From positions 850,066 through 914,065 of the forward strand of contig CAZFRF010000001.1 in assembly GCA_964521295.1 (NCBI GenBank): a DNA stretch of 64,000 nucleotides. Direction: 5' to 3'. This document shows, piece after piece, positions 12,001 through 18,029 of this stretch; within the stretch, counting starts at the first letter, position 1, and each line of letters starts with the position of its first letter. Source of the DNA: an uncultured Gammaproteobacteria bacterium. GTDB taxonomy: Bacteria > Patescibacteriota > Microgenomatia > Levybacterales > UBA12049. The notes beneath the pieces are model-generated. The model saw nothing but the letters and a program-made list of their open reading frames with translations. It did no database searches and was not told the DNA's origin. Both the position numbers and the translations under genes were made by a program.

Positions 12001-15000
12001 AGGCTCCTGAGTTTAATGTTCCAATTGCTAATTTATCATCTGTTTTAAGAGTATCAGCTGCTGATCTGTATAAATTAGTATCTCTAGAAGCACCAAAAGC
12101 AATTCCATTGGCAGCATCAGTATTATCAGCACCAGATGATAACCAAAGAACTTGAGTATCAGCGCCTGCTATTGTTATTCCGTAATCATTAGTATCTCCT
12201 CCTGTTTGATCTTGAATATATAGACCATGATTGTTGACGATGGTGCCTGTCGAAGTAGGGTTTTGAATATGGATACCATATGCGTTAGTAATTGTAGCCG
12301 TGGCATTAGATGCTGATATAAGAGATGTTATTCCATAACAGTTTGTTATTGTTGTCCCTGCGCTAGCAGCTTGGCATTGTGACCATATGCCATATGTATT
12401 TGTAAATGTTTCAGATAGGCCACTAGACTGTAATCCTCTTGCCCAAATTCCATAAGTAGTATCTGCATCTTGTGAATCAAAATATCCTCCGTATCCAGTA
12501 ACGATTCCATTTGAAGCGTAATCTCCATTTTCATAGGATTGAGCATATATTCCTCGGCTTGTCGTTATGGTTGCGCCGTCAGTTGTGGCATAGGAAATGA
12601 ATCTACCACCGTCATTGTTAGTTACAGTACCACCCGCATTACTGTTTTGGGCAATACCATATATGCCCATATTACTTGTTACTGTTCCTGCGGCATTCAA
12701 ATTTGCAATTCCATATGTGCCGGCCGAAGTAGTTGCTGTATTACCAAAGGAAGAGAGAGTGGAGGAGCTTATTAAGGAATATCCTTGAGTTCCATAAGAA
12801 GTGTCAATTGTGTAGCCATTGTTTAATTGCGATACGTTATATCCTGCGATTGCAGTATGTGAGAACATATCGTCACTTGCAGTGGTAGTTACATAATTAT
12901 ATAGTCCATAATCTGTTCTATTTGCGTTAATAGTTCCAGTTATGGTTCGTTGAACTGTGCCTGTATATGTTTTTGCGTTAATATCTGAATTTGAATCATT
13001 TATGTCAAAAAGTCTATCTGTTCTCGCAATAGTTCCATTGCCAAGTGCTAGGGTTGGGGCAAGAGCGTTTCCGTTTGAATCTACTTGGAAAAGGTCTCCA
13101 TTTCCAACTACAAATAGCTTAGAAGGAGTGGAATCTCCAATTCCTACGTTTCCACCGTTTGGTTGAAGTAAGAGATATGATGTTGTTTTAGTAGCGTGTG
13201 ATGTTCCTTCAAGAGTAAGATTTCCATTAGCAGCAGTGTCTCCATAAACTGTTCCTGCACCATTTCTAGGCATTAACCAAATATTTCCAGTAGTATTTCC
13301 ACCGAGAGTTAAATTGTTATTAGTTGTAGTCTGAATGCTTCTTGCTCCGCCTGATAGGGTAAGGTTTCCTGCAATTGATGCAGTCGAGCCAACCGTAAGG
13401 GTATCATCGATAGTTACATCGTTGTAGAATCTAGAATCTCCATTGTCATCAATTGCGAATGATGTCCCGCCTCTAATTTGGAAAACTATTCCGTTGGTTC
13501 CAGCTGAAGGAGCAGTATTGGATGAATCCGTAGTGGCATTAATTATTAAGCTTTTAGCATTGTTAGTTGCTGAATAGCTTGTTAAAAAGTTGCCTCCAGC
13601 AGTACCGCCAATTCCAACATTTTGAGTTGTGCTTCTGCCGATATTGGCAACATCAGTAATGTCTCTAAAGGCTGATAATAAGGAAATTGGGGTGGTTGTG
13701 CCAATTCCAACATAGCCTGAGTTGTTAAGAGGGGAGAGGATTATATTCCCAGTAGTATTTCCGCCTATGGTGAGTTGTTGGTTGGCAGTAGATTGAATTT
13801 GAGCAGTGCCATTTCTGAAAGTAAATTGTCCGCCGACAGACGCTGCGCCGTCTACATCCAATATTGCAGTGGGAGAAGTGGTTCCAATTCCCAATCTACC
13901 ATTTGGTGTAATTCTCATTTGCTCTGATCCACCAAGCTTCCAGGTTAGGGTAGGTGCAGATGCGCCTGTGATTTCTTGCTCAATTATATTAGTAGCCTCT
14001 GTAAAGTTGTATTGAAAAATTGGCAGATTTGATCCACCTGCTCTTTGTAATCTAAATAATGTACCATCTCCAGTACTATTTACTTGGAGTCTAGCAAGAG
14101 GGTTAGTAGTTCCAATTCCTACATTGCCACCTGCACCATTTTTTGGCATTACAATTAAATTTCCGGCAACAGTTGCAGTTGCTGGTCCTGTTCCATTTAA
14201 GCCTAGAACTGCGAATTTTGCAGTTGCTGTAGCTGTTCCACCTAAAAGAAAGTCCATTGTTGAGTTAATTGGAGTTAAAGCTTTTCCATCAGAGGAGGTG
14301 GTCCACCAATCTGTTGGAAGTCCGCTCGCACAAGAACCCCAGGTGGGAGTTGTAGCTCCAGAAACTAAACAAAGTCCAGAGCTACCAGTTACTGCGCTTA
14401 AAGCTCCTGTTGCTGAATCAGCATATAAGACTCTATTGTTTCCGGTGAAGGAGGTAGTTAGCGTTCCTATTAAGGTTGCGGATCCTAACTGAAGCGTACC
14501 TGCTGAAGCATAAATATCATGATTTCCAGATCCACTAAACCTAAGATCTGCTCCGGTTCCACTTAATACTATGCCTGTTGCTCCACCTACTGAAATATCA
14601 CCTGAATTTGTTTGGTTTCCACCGTTATCTACGGTAAATACTGGCGCTCCAGAAACGGAAGCGCTAATTACTGGACCTGTAGAATTTTGATTTACTGTGA
14701 ATGCCGATTGTCCAGATGAGGTAGCGAGAATTGCAAACTGATCATTAACTTCAACTGCTCCTGCTGCTGTAAAAGCTCCTGCTGCTGATCTAATATTGGT
14801 AGAAAGAGTATTGTTTTGTAAAGGTTTTTGGACATCAATTTTACCAGTGCCATTTGGACTAATGACTACATTTGAATTACTAGAGTCATTAGTTGTTAAA
14901 AGTAATGGTTGACCTGAAAGCTTAAATTGTCCGCCGCTTGCTGAGAAAGCAGGTGAGGCTGATCCACCAATTGTTAGGTTTCCGGATGAGTCTAGGGCTA

Positions 15001-16582
15001 AGACAACATTTGATGTGCCTGCGGCTGTAGCAGTGATTGGAAGAAGTCCTTGTAATGTTTCAGAATTCGCTGCATAGCCGACAGTTGCAATTTGTTGCCT
15101 AGGAGTAAGCTCTCCTGTTGATTCAACGGTTACACCTAGGAACAAAGCTGCATTTTCTGCAAATAGAGTAGAGGGGATTGCACATTGTCCAGTTGCAATT
15201 GCGATTGGATTAGCGCAGGTTGGTCCACTACCAAGTAAGGTATTAAAAATACCATCTTGGTCTGGTGTTACTTTGTCTACTTCTTGCCAAAGTAAAATAC
15301 CTGCACCTGTTCCTGGAGTTTGTTGAGTGTAGATCGCAAATCTAAGATTGGTTAAAGAAGTAATAGGATTATCATTGTTATCTGTAAGTCTTCCTTGGAA
15401 GGAAAGGATTCTATTTGGTGAGGTTGGTAGGTTAGGAGCAGCTGTGATTTTAGATTGGTTTCCAAAGAAGGAATTATAAAAACCTAAAGATATGGCAACA
15501 ATAACGATAATAAATACTGCAAAGTGGAAATAGTGGGTAATTGCATATGAATGATATCTTTTGTACCAATTTGGTCTAGTAAATCTAGCGTGAAAAATAA
15601 TTCTTTGTAGAGGAGAAAGAGAACTAACGGCTATGGTTGAAGGTGCAAAAACCTTTTTAGAAATATTTCTTATACCCAATAAGTCTTTGTGGGTAATGTT
15701 TTTAATTTGAAATGTTTGGGGATTCTTGTGAAAAATTGGTTTTCCTTTGAGTGTCCAGGCTAAATCTTGTCCTTTTTTAGCAAAAGAAGCTAAAGGAAGT
15801 ATTAATGCAGCATCTAAAGCTAAGATTAATCCTTGGGATAGTTTCTGAGCAAGTCTTAAAGGAGGGAATCTGGAATATGTTTTAGTTTTAATTTCTGGTT
15901 GTGAAAATTCAGGAGTCTCAGGTATAAATAATTTTTGTTTTGCCTCATTTATATTTGTGAAATCTAATACTTTTTCAGTTAAGATGCCAGCTTCATCTGC
16001 CCAAGTTAGATATTTTCTCAAAGAAGATAGTTTTCTATTAACAGAGGCTGGCGAAAAGCCTTTGGAGCTACTTAATGCTGTCTTGTATTCTTCGATAAAT
16101 TCCTTGCTTATTCTGCCTGGTAATATTGAGTCTTCGAGTCCAGTGGCTTCCTTTGCCCAATTAATGAATTGTTTAACATCAATGATATAGTTTTTTATAG
16201 TAAGATGCGCTGCGTTAGTATCGAATAAGCTGCTTTTGAAATCCTTTAGCTTCCAATAGTCTTTTTCTTCTGGTTTATTTAAGGCTAAAGCTTCGAAAGG
16301 ATCAAAGGTTATTTGATTTTCGATCTTAAGGAATTTGAAGAATTTTCTAAGGGATGATAAGTGTCTTTGCATTGATGAAGCAGAGAAGACTGAGGAGTTG
16401 TCTTTTTTGTACTCTTCGAGTGTTTGGAAATTAACTTGGCCAGGAGTAAAGCTTGAGTTGTATTTCTGAGAAAACCAGTTAACGAAATGATTAATATCCG
16501 ATAAGTAGTTTTTTACAGTAACCTTTGAAGGCTGAACTTCTTGTGAAAATAAATAATTTTTAAAGCTTGTTAATAAATCCAT
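1..16582 (-). CDS. Giant (>=5527 aa, 3' truncated) membrane-anchored surface fibre protein with N-terminal tandem integrase SAM-like domains
   Basis: Manual translation from ATG at 16582 (MDLLTSFKNYLFSQEVQPSKVTVKNYLSDINHF...) stays in one frame to codon 4-2 (...SSGSRDQERY). No ORF in this frame is in the track, consistent with no stop codon inside the window. Contains GNVGIGTTxP repeats, a TM helix at ~15470-15535, Kelch-like repeats and a DIAEYY motif. Confidence 0.92.
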   Translation of the reverse strand, partial: MDLLTSFKNYLFSQEVQPSKVTVKNYLSDINHFVNWFSQKYNSSFTPGQVNFQTLEEYKKDNSSVFSASSMQRHLSSLRKFFKFLKIENQITFDPFEALALNKPEEKDYWKLKDFKSSLFDTNAAHLTIKNYIIDVKQFINWAKEATGLEDSILPGRISKEFIEEYKTALSSSKGFSPASVNRKLSSLRKYLTWADEAGILTEKVLDFTNINEAKQKLFIPETPEFSQPEIKTKTYSRFPPLRLAQKLSQGLILALDAALILPLASFAKKGQDLAWTLKGKPIFHKNPQTFQIKNITHKDLLGIRNISKKVFAPSTIAVSSLSPLQRIIFHARFTRPNWYKRYHSYAITHYFHFAVFIIVIVAISLGFYNSFFGNQSKITAAPNLPTSPNRILSFQGRLTDNNDNPITSLTNLRFAIYTQQTPGTGAGILLWQEVDKVTPDQDGIFNTLLGSGPTCANPIAIATGQCAIPSTLFAENAALFLGVTVESTGELTPRQQIATVGYAANSETLQGLLPITATAAGTSNVVLALDSSGNLTIGGSASPAFSASGGQFKLSGQPLLLTTNDSSNSNVVISPNGTGKIDVQKPLQNNTLSTNIRSAAGAFTAAGAVEVNDQFAILATSSGQSAFTVNQNSTGPVISASVSGAPVFTVDNGGNQTNSGDISVGGATGIVLSGTGADLRFSGSGNHDIYASAGTLQLGSATLIGTLTTSFTGNNRVLYADSATGALSAVTGSSGLCLVSGATTPTWGSCASGLPTDWWTTSSDGKALTPINSTMDFLLGGTATATAKFAVLGLNGTGPATATVAGNLIVMPKNGAGGNVGIGTTNPLARLQVNSTGDGTLFRLQRAGGSNLPIFQYNFTEATNIIEQEITGASAPTLTWKLGGSEQMRITPNGRLGIGTTSPTAILDVDGAASVGGQFTFRNGTAQIQSTANQQLTIGGNTTGNIILSPLNNSGYVGIGTTTPISLLSAFRDITDVANIGRSTTQNVGIGGTAGGNFLTSYSATNNAKSLIINATTDSSNTAPSAGTNGIVFQIRGGTSFAIDDNGDSRFYNDVTIDDTLTVGSTASIAGNLTLSGGARSIQTTTNNNLTLGGNTTGNIWLMPRNGAGTVYGDTAANGNLTLEGTSHATKTTSYLLLQPNGGNVGIGDSTPSKLFVVGNGDLFQVDSNGNALAPTLALGNGTIARTDRLFDINDSNSDINAKTYTGTVQRTITGTINANRTDYGLYNYVTTTASDDMFSHTAIAGYNVSQLNNGYTIDTSYGTQGYSLISSSTLSSFGNTATTSAGTYGIANLNAAGTVTSNMGIYGIAQNSNAGGTVTNNDGGRFISYATTDGATITTSRGIYAQSYENGDYASNGIVTGYGGYFDSQDADTTYGIWARGLQSSGLSETFTNTYGIWSQCQAASAGTTITNCYGITSLISASNATATITNAYGIHIQNPTSTGTIVNNHGLYIQDQTGGDTNDYGITIAGADTQVLWLSSGADNTDAANGIAFGASRDTNLYRSAADTLKTDDKLAIGTLNSGASNPLCYDGSNILSTCAAGALGTNWWTTSTDGKALTPINNTMDLLVGGNSTSSAQFAVLNIAGTLTPIASVSATAGSDATKGIYLSGNGSLQSVRNNTLTIGGSTTGNIALMPRNGNGNVGIGTSSPTEPLDISGSSTNPIYARVVNTSSGGSGFLVANSTGTNTGRFYWDNNNAKLVIGTITNNPVSFFLNNSEIARFDTSGNLGINTTTPTAKLDINGDASTSGSLVFNGSNKSIDILNGSRLDFQVSPGGDAGLTNAMTIAGNGNVGIGTTNPGTSKLNVQGGAMQQYLASGNNQGLWLHGGDTSNNYVRTENTTGNFDFGQGNNSAFITSANDPLSINVNGSTAMYFPSAGNVGIGTTGPDRALEINSATGVNLRLTYNDNNGSATNYADLVTNSGGDLSINPSGGDLITSGAFTSQNGNIYAGVNDTTGGLFHAYGNGTGSSEGGEVILYTAADYDTTVNAYNLDAYQDDFRIYQGSNTRLTITNTGLVGLGVGNTVPTSQLYVSRPLASGATGKALSIFDQIENQDIFTASASGTPVFTITRAGGISLGSNGLNYGTGSQCIAGGATASWVNCALGTNWWTTSTDGKALTPINNTMDLLVGGNSTSSAQFAVLNIAGTLTPIASVSATAGSDATKGIYLSGNGSLQSVRNNTLTIGGSTTGNINLSPSNGSGFVNISGGLGASGIIAGKNILPYQYASWETGVDGTNIPSARNVNVTSVTISTADAYDGTRSVAVSTNGSATDGYAYLNGTSSTSYNIPIKPSTKYAFSVYSKLSAGTTCSVEMYVRESDGTHRSAGGTADTSSWTRLSNTFTSNSGSTAVIIRVDANCASTTALFDGFMLEEIPTSQTYASAWSSNGNFGIRMDQNNLLGLDGSASVSGNLVLEGASRSIQSYDQNTLTIGGSTTGNITLLPNNGTGGLINNNGYIAANGNTTITGSPLTVGTNLGWKVGLWSNSFALGIANSTLAVKTGTWLSIFGSSNPANNATNSTPDTNSNINFNATTGDASISGSLVFQSASNQTIDILNGSRLDFQTSPGGDAGLTNAMTIAGNGRVGIGTTNPTAKFQVTGTSGAGGTGDFITNLQGGSVTESDLYILNSRDVNTGVGYAAKVIGVNVQNAVGAANEVYLRSNNGGITSAGAIYLGADDVNQGVFGVLGTPISSAPGTALTHLLTVKGNGNVGIGTTAPDRALEINSATGNNLRLTYNDNNGSATNYADLTTNSGGDLTINPSGSNVVIGSGNYLSVGGTTQVGQITGITSATNPSNGIDTFALTASGSYGGGIGLADGTGNFGIWTDTTGTVARFGFGTSLGALTSYMSLTNAGALTIADDFRVNGNDILDSAGTSRLTLGATTTLTNTGLTFSGTTGITASSLTSMTTGAAFTLNGTSYVRVGDTATPGTATGDDDLFVEGDLEVDGVLYTDGGIDTALTPGSVVFAGTSGVLSQDNASLFYDDTNDSLGIGTAAPGSTTRLSVAKTWGSATATEQFGIYSTINYSAADTGLKQNLRLNTGATHTTGTQANLIGLLSLVTGAGNGGTTTNAYGLWSRIDSATGHTVTNGINYGINNGTVTGTLTNQMGIQVGGLTTGTNNAGILIGEATGTNQSNLVIGSTSIPTGTYSIYNSSTDQNYFAGNVGISTTGPLTKLHVAGGSTTPAGELGSSLITGSTTAMRLAMGVDNTSTMYSWIQSVENGSTQRALSLNPIGGNVGIGTTAPDRALEINSSGGTNLRLTYNDSNGSATNYADLTTNSGGDLTIDPSGGQVVLNNTGDSSLATALSGALILGDTAGDNITMDGNEIMARTAGTTASTLFLNAEGGLVSVGAGGLTSTGTLTANGTLDANGIFTLGDGGETGAITTSDWAIDTTGNITNIGNISNTANASQPYLVLDSVGTGDDWTAQGAYISIGEGGALGSASMHITYTGNGYGYTGAGTVTSGIPAGGYWRYTYNTQNIYTPGSVQIGSNLDVDGNLNVTGLTYAANDFAVASHSAIPAPYNNTNMLANPSFETFAGGLGIADNWNSAGTGTRGRIANQSANHDGAWGLYLTNTGSDTQSQNISSYKIPVSPSTGYTASTWAKVDTACGDGFYLRVIWYDQWGNYLSYNDIYSNSGAVTTSWDNYSGQVTSAANAYHAAVQIYNHNPTNACTLYIDQVSLRASLIDADIAVNGDLLVGSLSETISQAGFSLTGDDLFVTDSIGAEGWIYSDTGLDISDNGKAAGTSMLKIGDDTFLTDVDVANTLGIYSSSDTTRGSIKLGSAGPTLAGTSALLTLTGALNVSSNLDVDGTSNDIAGTLNLSGNTLTSSGDLTIDAAGGGVKIGTGTPGIVDLAGDDLYVTGDLEVAGTTYLGSIDTSLTPGSVVFAGTSGVLSQDNTNFFWDDSANKLGIGDSTPDAKLTLGNNVATGFLDTFAEYQILLYSDATAGNSYGLGVKGSTMVFNTYDAYSWDRRGTTTSMTLDASSNLAVTGNIDAIGGTYNSANNVLSDTDATQPRLVLDSLSTGDNWTSQGAYISLGESGALGSAAMHITYTGDGYGYTGAGTVTSGIPAGGYWRYLYNNQQIYTPSSVDVTNNLTLTQPSATTNTLYGLKNSVGTDKGWFGIIGTAGAYITGSSQYDVFVRSQQNLWFAANAAGTADMMIESSTGKVGIGTTSPEVALDIEKATGNTFGKFGSSFPLYTVASNPTVGFNAYYNSGWKFGQGSTAHYGGEINVSPSTGTMSFNISNAAGAADGAITMQNMLTILQNGNIGVGTTAPDRALEINSSGGTNLRLTYNDSNGSATNYADLTTNSGGDLTINPSGGDISITSDRINFNTTGVAAPTFTNYSSGVKIVLYNDLSGSAAGYTLGIESGTMFSTVSTTGQQFKWYGGTTTAMTLSGAGALTLVGNLAVNGDNITTDGSLTISPTTTLTLNSTGDMTLDSSGDIILDAAGDDVIFKDNGTTYATITNGATNTTFTPLSDGLFVNGSLGVGIAPSSIYRTYFYNQGTDATSKSTSRVLLQNICTSVACSGQYLALDAAAENHSASTQNTTGSLIAIGGTIGNSDTGTVAGVRGLSLTLSGNSGTITNTYGVYIGDLTAGTQTNTPYSIYSSDAGTYNYFAGEVGVGTASPNGIGGGGIMEIVNNDASTNTALTVLNLTRSSTGTAADGIGARLEFNLEDDGSTIREAATINALLTDSSNGSIDSALTFNTRYNQSAFREVLRLTGNSLVGLGTTNPTSELYVTRALSAGTTGKSLTILDQIENQDIFAASSSGTSRFVITNAGKVGINNPLPSGYLSIKAVGAGAPTLVEGYDTTTGTNKAFTLNTDSNGNGSLDLYITGSKKVHLVAWGGDSSYILDSDFGLGTTTPKAKLDVAGSASISGNLAYSGGTNNFSNYVLNGSKLNFMVSPGGTEGNGDIGDGFSTANQSQLPQALNDTFGSITSASVNGTTYIYSLGGQNSGGTSLSTVYKSRVDATFGNAGTFSSTANALPGIRWGGGATTATIGSSTYVYLIGGSSGSVQSTAYYATLSNSDGNPGTFATTSPILATRLEPAVTTATVGGTTYIYAMGGFNSTAVNTNPTSTVYKATVNSNGTLGTFSTTSPLLANRGGGGAVSATIGSSTYVYYVGGGDSQGRSTVYKAAVNPSNGTLGTFSSVTGLPMNRQEGGTEIVTLNDKTYIYSIGSGDNNAVTSSNAVYKTALDSSGNPGTWSSSGQSQLPQNVAYIGTTLVTVNGNSYIFAVGGSGESAASLSTVYRAGIGNVALTIANNGYVGIGTSNPGAQLAITWGPDVSLSNAGTFIIGDTGGQNVGFDNNELQARLNGTTSKLWLNNNGGEVGIGAGGLDVEGNIQLDIQNVSGTFAFCHGTNGAQADSNINDCNGSATDIAEYYPGTEDMEPGDLVSLVASSDARFKYQVVKPTTPYDQNLIGVVSTIPTGPNGDVLGDSTIPEDHYPQAIGLAGRVVVKVSLENGPIRTNDYLTSSSVPGVAMKATKSSRVVGRAIEDYDGTVQVSSGSRDQERY
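50..415 (-). other. Intramolecular chaperone / peptidase-G2-like autocleavage domain in the giant ORF
   Basis: DIAEYY (415-398)..EPGDLV..LIGVVST..IGLAGRVVVKVSLENGPIRTNDYLTSSSVPGVAMKAT..VVGRAIEDY. Confidence 0.65.
800..1790 (-). repeat. Six Kelch-like repeats (beta-propeller) in the giant ORF
   Basis: TYIYSLGG..STVYKS, TYVYLIGG..STAYYA, TYIYAMGG..STVYKA, TYVYYVGG..STVYKA, TYIYSIGSG..NAVYKT, SYIFAVGG..STVYRA. Confidence 0.75.
3602..10942. repeat. Four-copy ~165-bp module (GIGTTAPDRALEINS..NLRLTYNDxNGSATNYADLTTNSGGDLTINPSG) at ~3602-3769, 6708-6874, 8292-8455, 10776-10942
   Basis: Near-identical peptide in four places, with mostly synonymous nucleotide differences. Confidence 0.9.
10020..11941. 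repeat. Identical 242-bp direct repeat (10020-10261 and 11700-11941) inside the giant ORF
   Basis: Line-by-line comparison shows exact identity at offset 1680. A diverged partial third copy lies near 14238-14310. Confidence 0.95.
15985..16582 (-). other. Two tandem phage-integrase/XerD N-terminal SAM-like (core-binding) domains within the giant ORF
   Basis: Repeat 1: FKNYL..TVKNYLSDINHFVNWF..TLEEYK..SASSMQRHLSSLRKFFKFL..FDPF. Repeat 2: FKSSL..TIKNYIIDVKQFINWA..FIEEYK..SPASVNRKLSSLRKYLTWA. Both match the TxxxYxxDxxxF...SxxTxxRxLSSLRxFxxF signature. No R-H-R-Y catalytic domain follows. Confidence 0.85.
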
Positions 16583-16628
16583 TTTAATTGTGACTCTTAA
16601 TATTTAAAAAAGAGTAGGCAGGCACGAG

Positions 16629-16715
16629 ATTATACAGATTATACGCATTATACTCTTGTGAAAAAGAAAATTTACTCATACTATTAGAATAGAAAAAAAT
16701 GAATTTTCAAGTCAA
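16629..16715 (-). promoter_or_regulatory. Putative promoter of the giant gene: TTGACT(16715-16710)..TAATAGTA, followed by three GTATAAT direct repeats with 9-bp period
   Basis: ATTATAC at 16629, 16638 and 16647 on +; agtcaa at 16710-16715. Confidence 0.5.
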
Positions 16716-17114
16716 TGACCTAGAGTAAAGATCCATAAGATATTTTGATATAGTTTAATATATTCTAGAAAAAATGAATTTCACGGGAAAAATGGTGCAT
16801 TTGTTGAGCATTTAGTTGAAGTAGGGGGTTATAGGTCAAATTTTATATATTTCAAAATATAACAAAGTATAACATTGATTTTGTAATTCTAAATTGTTGT
16901 CCTAATGCTTTCCTAAATATTGATTAAGAAATTAATTAAATATTATGCCTGAAAGGTATTATTTTAGCAGACATTGTCTTTTACTGATAAGATAAATTTA
17001 TAATAGTTTTAGATTGTTAAATCAATAAAAATAACTTTATATTGCAGGTTATATTTATTAATTAGCTTCGAGCTTGTATTTAATATTATTTTCTATGTAC
17101 AATAAGTGTAAGTA

Positions 17115-18014
17115 ATGAAGACTCTGCCCAGAATTGTACTTATTTTTTCTTTTCTTCTTTTGTTCTTAGCAAAGGGAAGCTCAGTTTTTGCTCAACAAGC
17201 AGTTCCTTTGGTTGCCCCAAGGCCAGGAGCATCCTCAACAACAGTATCGGGGACAATAGGAAATTATTACATTACTCTTAAGGGTTATATTGCTCCTTTT
17301 GCTTCCATAGTTTTATACGGATCTGATGGTGCTTTTCTAAAAGCAGTTGTTACAGACTCAAAAGGATATTTTACAGTCACAGATTTATTAGTTAAGAAAG
17401 GTTTTTCTAAGGTTTGTTTTGATGCAATTGACTTTAAAAGACTAGGTGAATCATATTCTTGTCTTACTTTTTCGCCTATTGAGGGACCACGAACAATTGA
17501 TGGTATTTTTCTACCACCAACCCTTGGTTTATCTAGATCAGAGATAGCAGCTGGTTCCTCAGCTATTGCTTGGGGTTATTCTATGCCATATGCAATTGTA
17601 ACTGTGCACGTTGGTAATGTTGTCTATTCAACTACTGCAGATTCTAATGGATATTATCAAATTGAGCTTAAAAACGTAAAAGCTGGAGTATATTCTTTAT
17701 ACTCAACTGCGGAATTAAATGCAAAACCTTCGCTAGATCCTCAAAAAAGAGTACAGCTAAAAGCTTTGTCATGGTGGGAGCAGTTTATTGCTTGGATAAT
17801 GCAGCTTCTTAAAAAGATTTGGGTATTCTTAACTTCATTTACCATAACACCGTTTTGGATTGCTATACCAGTCTTTATCCTCATTATTATACTAATTTTA
17901 AAGATCTGGCCTGAGAAATTTACCATTCTTTATCACAATAGATTAGTAATCTTTTTTACCAAACTCTTTAGAAGACATAAGCCTCTTCATCACGAATACT
18001 TCATGGGTTATTAA
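17115..18014 (+). CDS. Exported protein with carboxypeptidase-regulatory/Ig-like domains and C-terminal TM anchor
   Basis: Signal peptide; two 'T(A)DSxGYF/Y' Ig-like motifs; C-terminal hydrophobic helix. Confidence 0.6.
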   Translation: MKTLPRIVLIFSFLLLFLAKGSSVFAQQAVPLVAPRPGASSTTVSGTIGNYYITLKGYIAPFASIVLYGSDGAFLKAVVTDSKGYFTVTDLLVKKGFSKVCFDAIDFKRLGESYSCLTFSPIEGPRTIDGIFLPPTLGLSRSEIAAGSSAIAWGYSMPYAIVTVHVGNVVYSTTADSNGYYQIELKNVKAGVYSLYSTAELNAKPSLDPQKRVQLKALSWWEQFIAWIMQLLKKIWVFLTSFTITPFWIAIPVFILIIILILKIWPEKFTILYHNRLVIFFTKLFRRHKPLHHEYFMGY

Positions 18015-18029
18015 TTTAAACTTACTGTT

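Noticed and set aside
468-16190. About 20 short ORFs listed in the track within 1-16.2 kb
   Set aside because: They are antisense or off-frame shadows of the giant minus-strand ORF, with no independent motifs or promoters.
15985-16582. Functional integrase marking a prophage or integrative element
   Set aside because: There is no catalytic R-H-R-H-Y domain, the frame continues into a TM helix and fibre, and no capsid, terminase, portal or att sites were seen.
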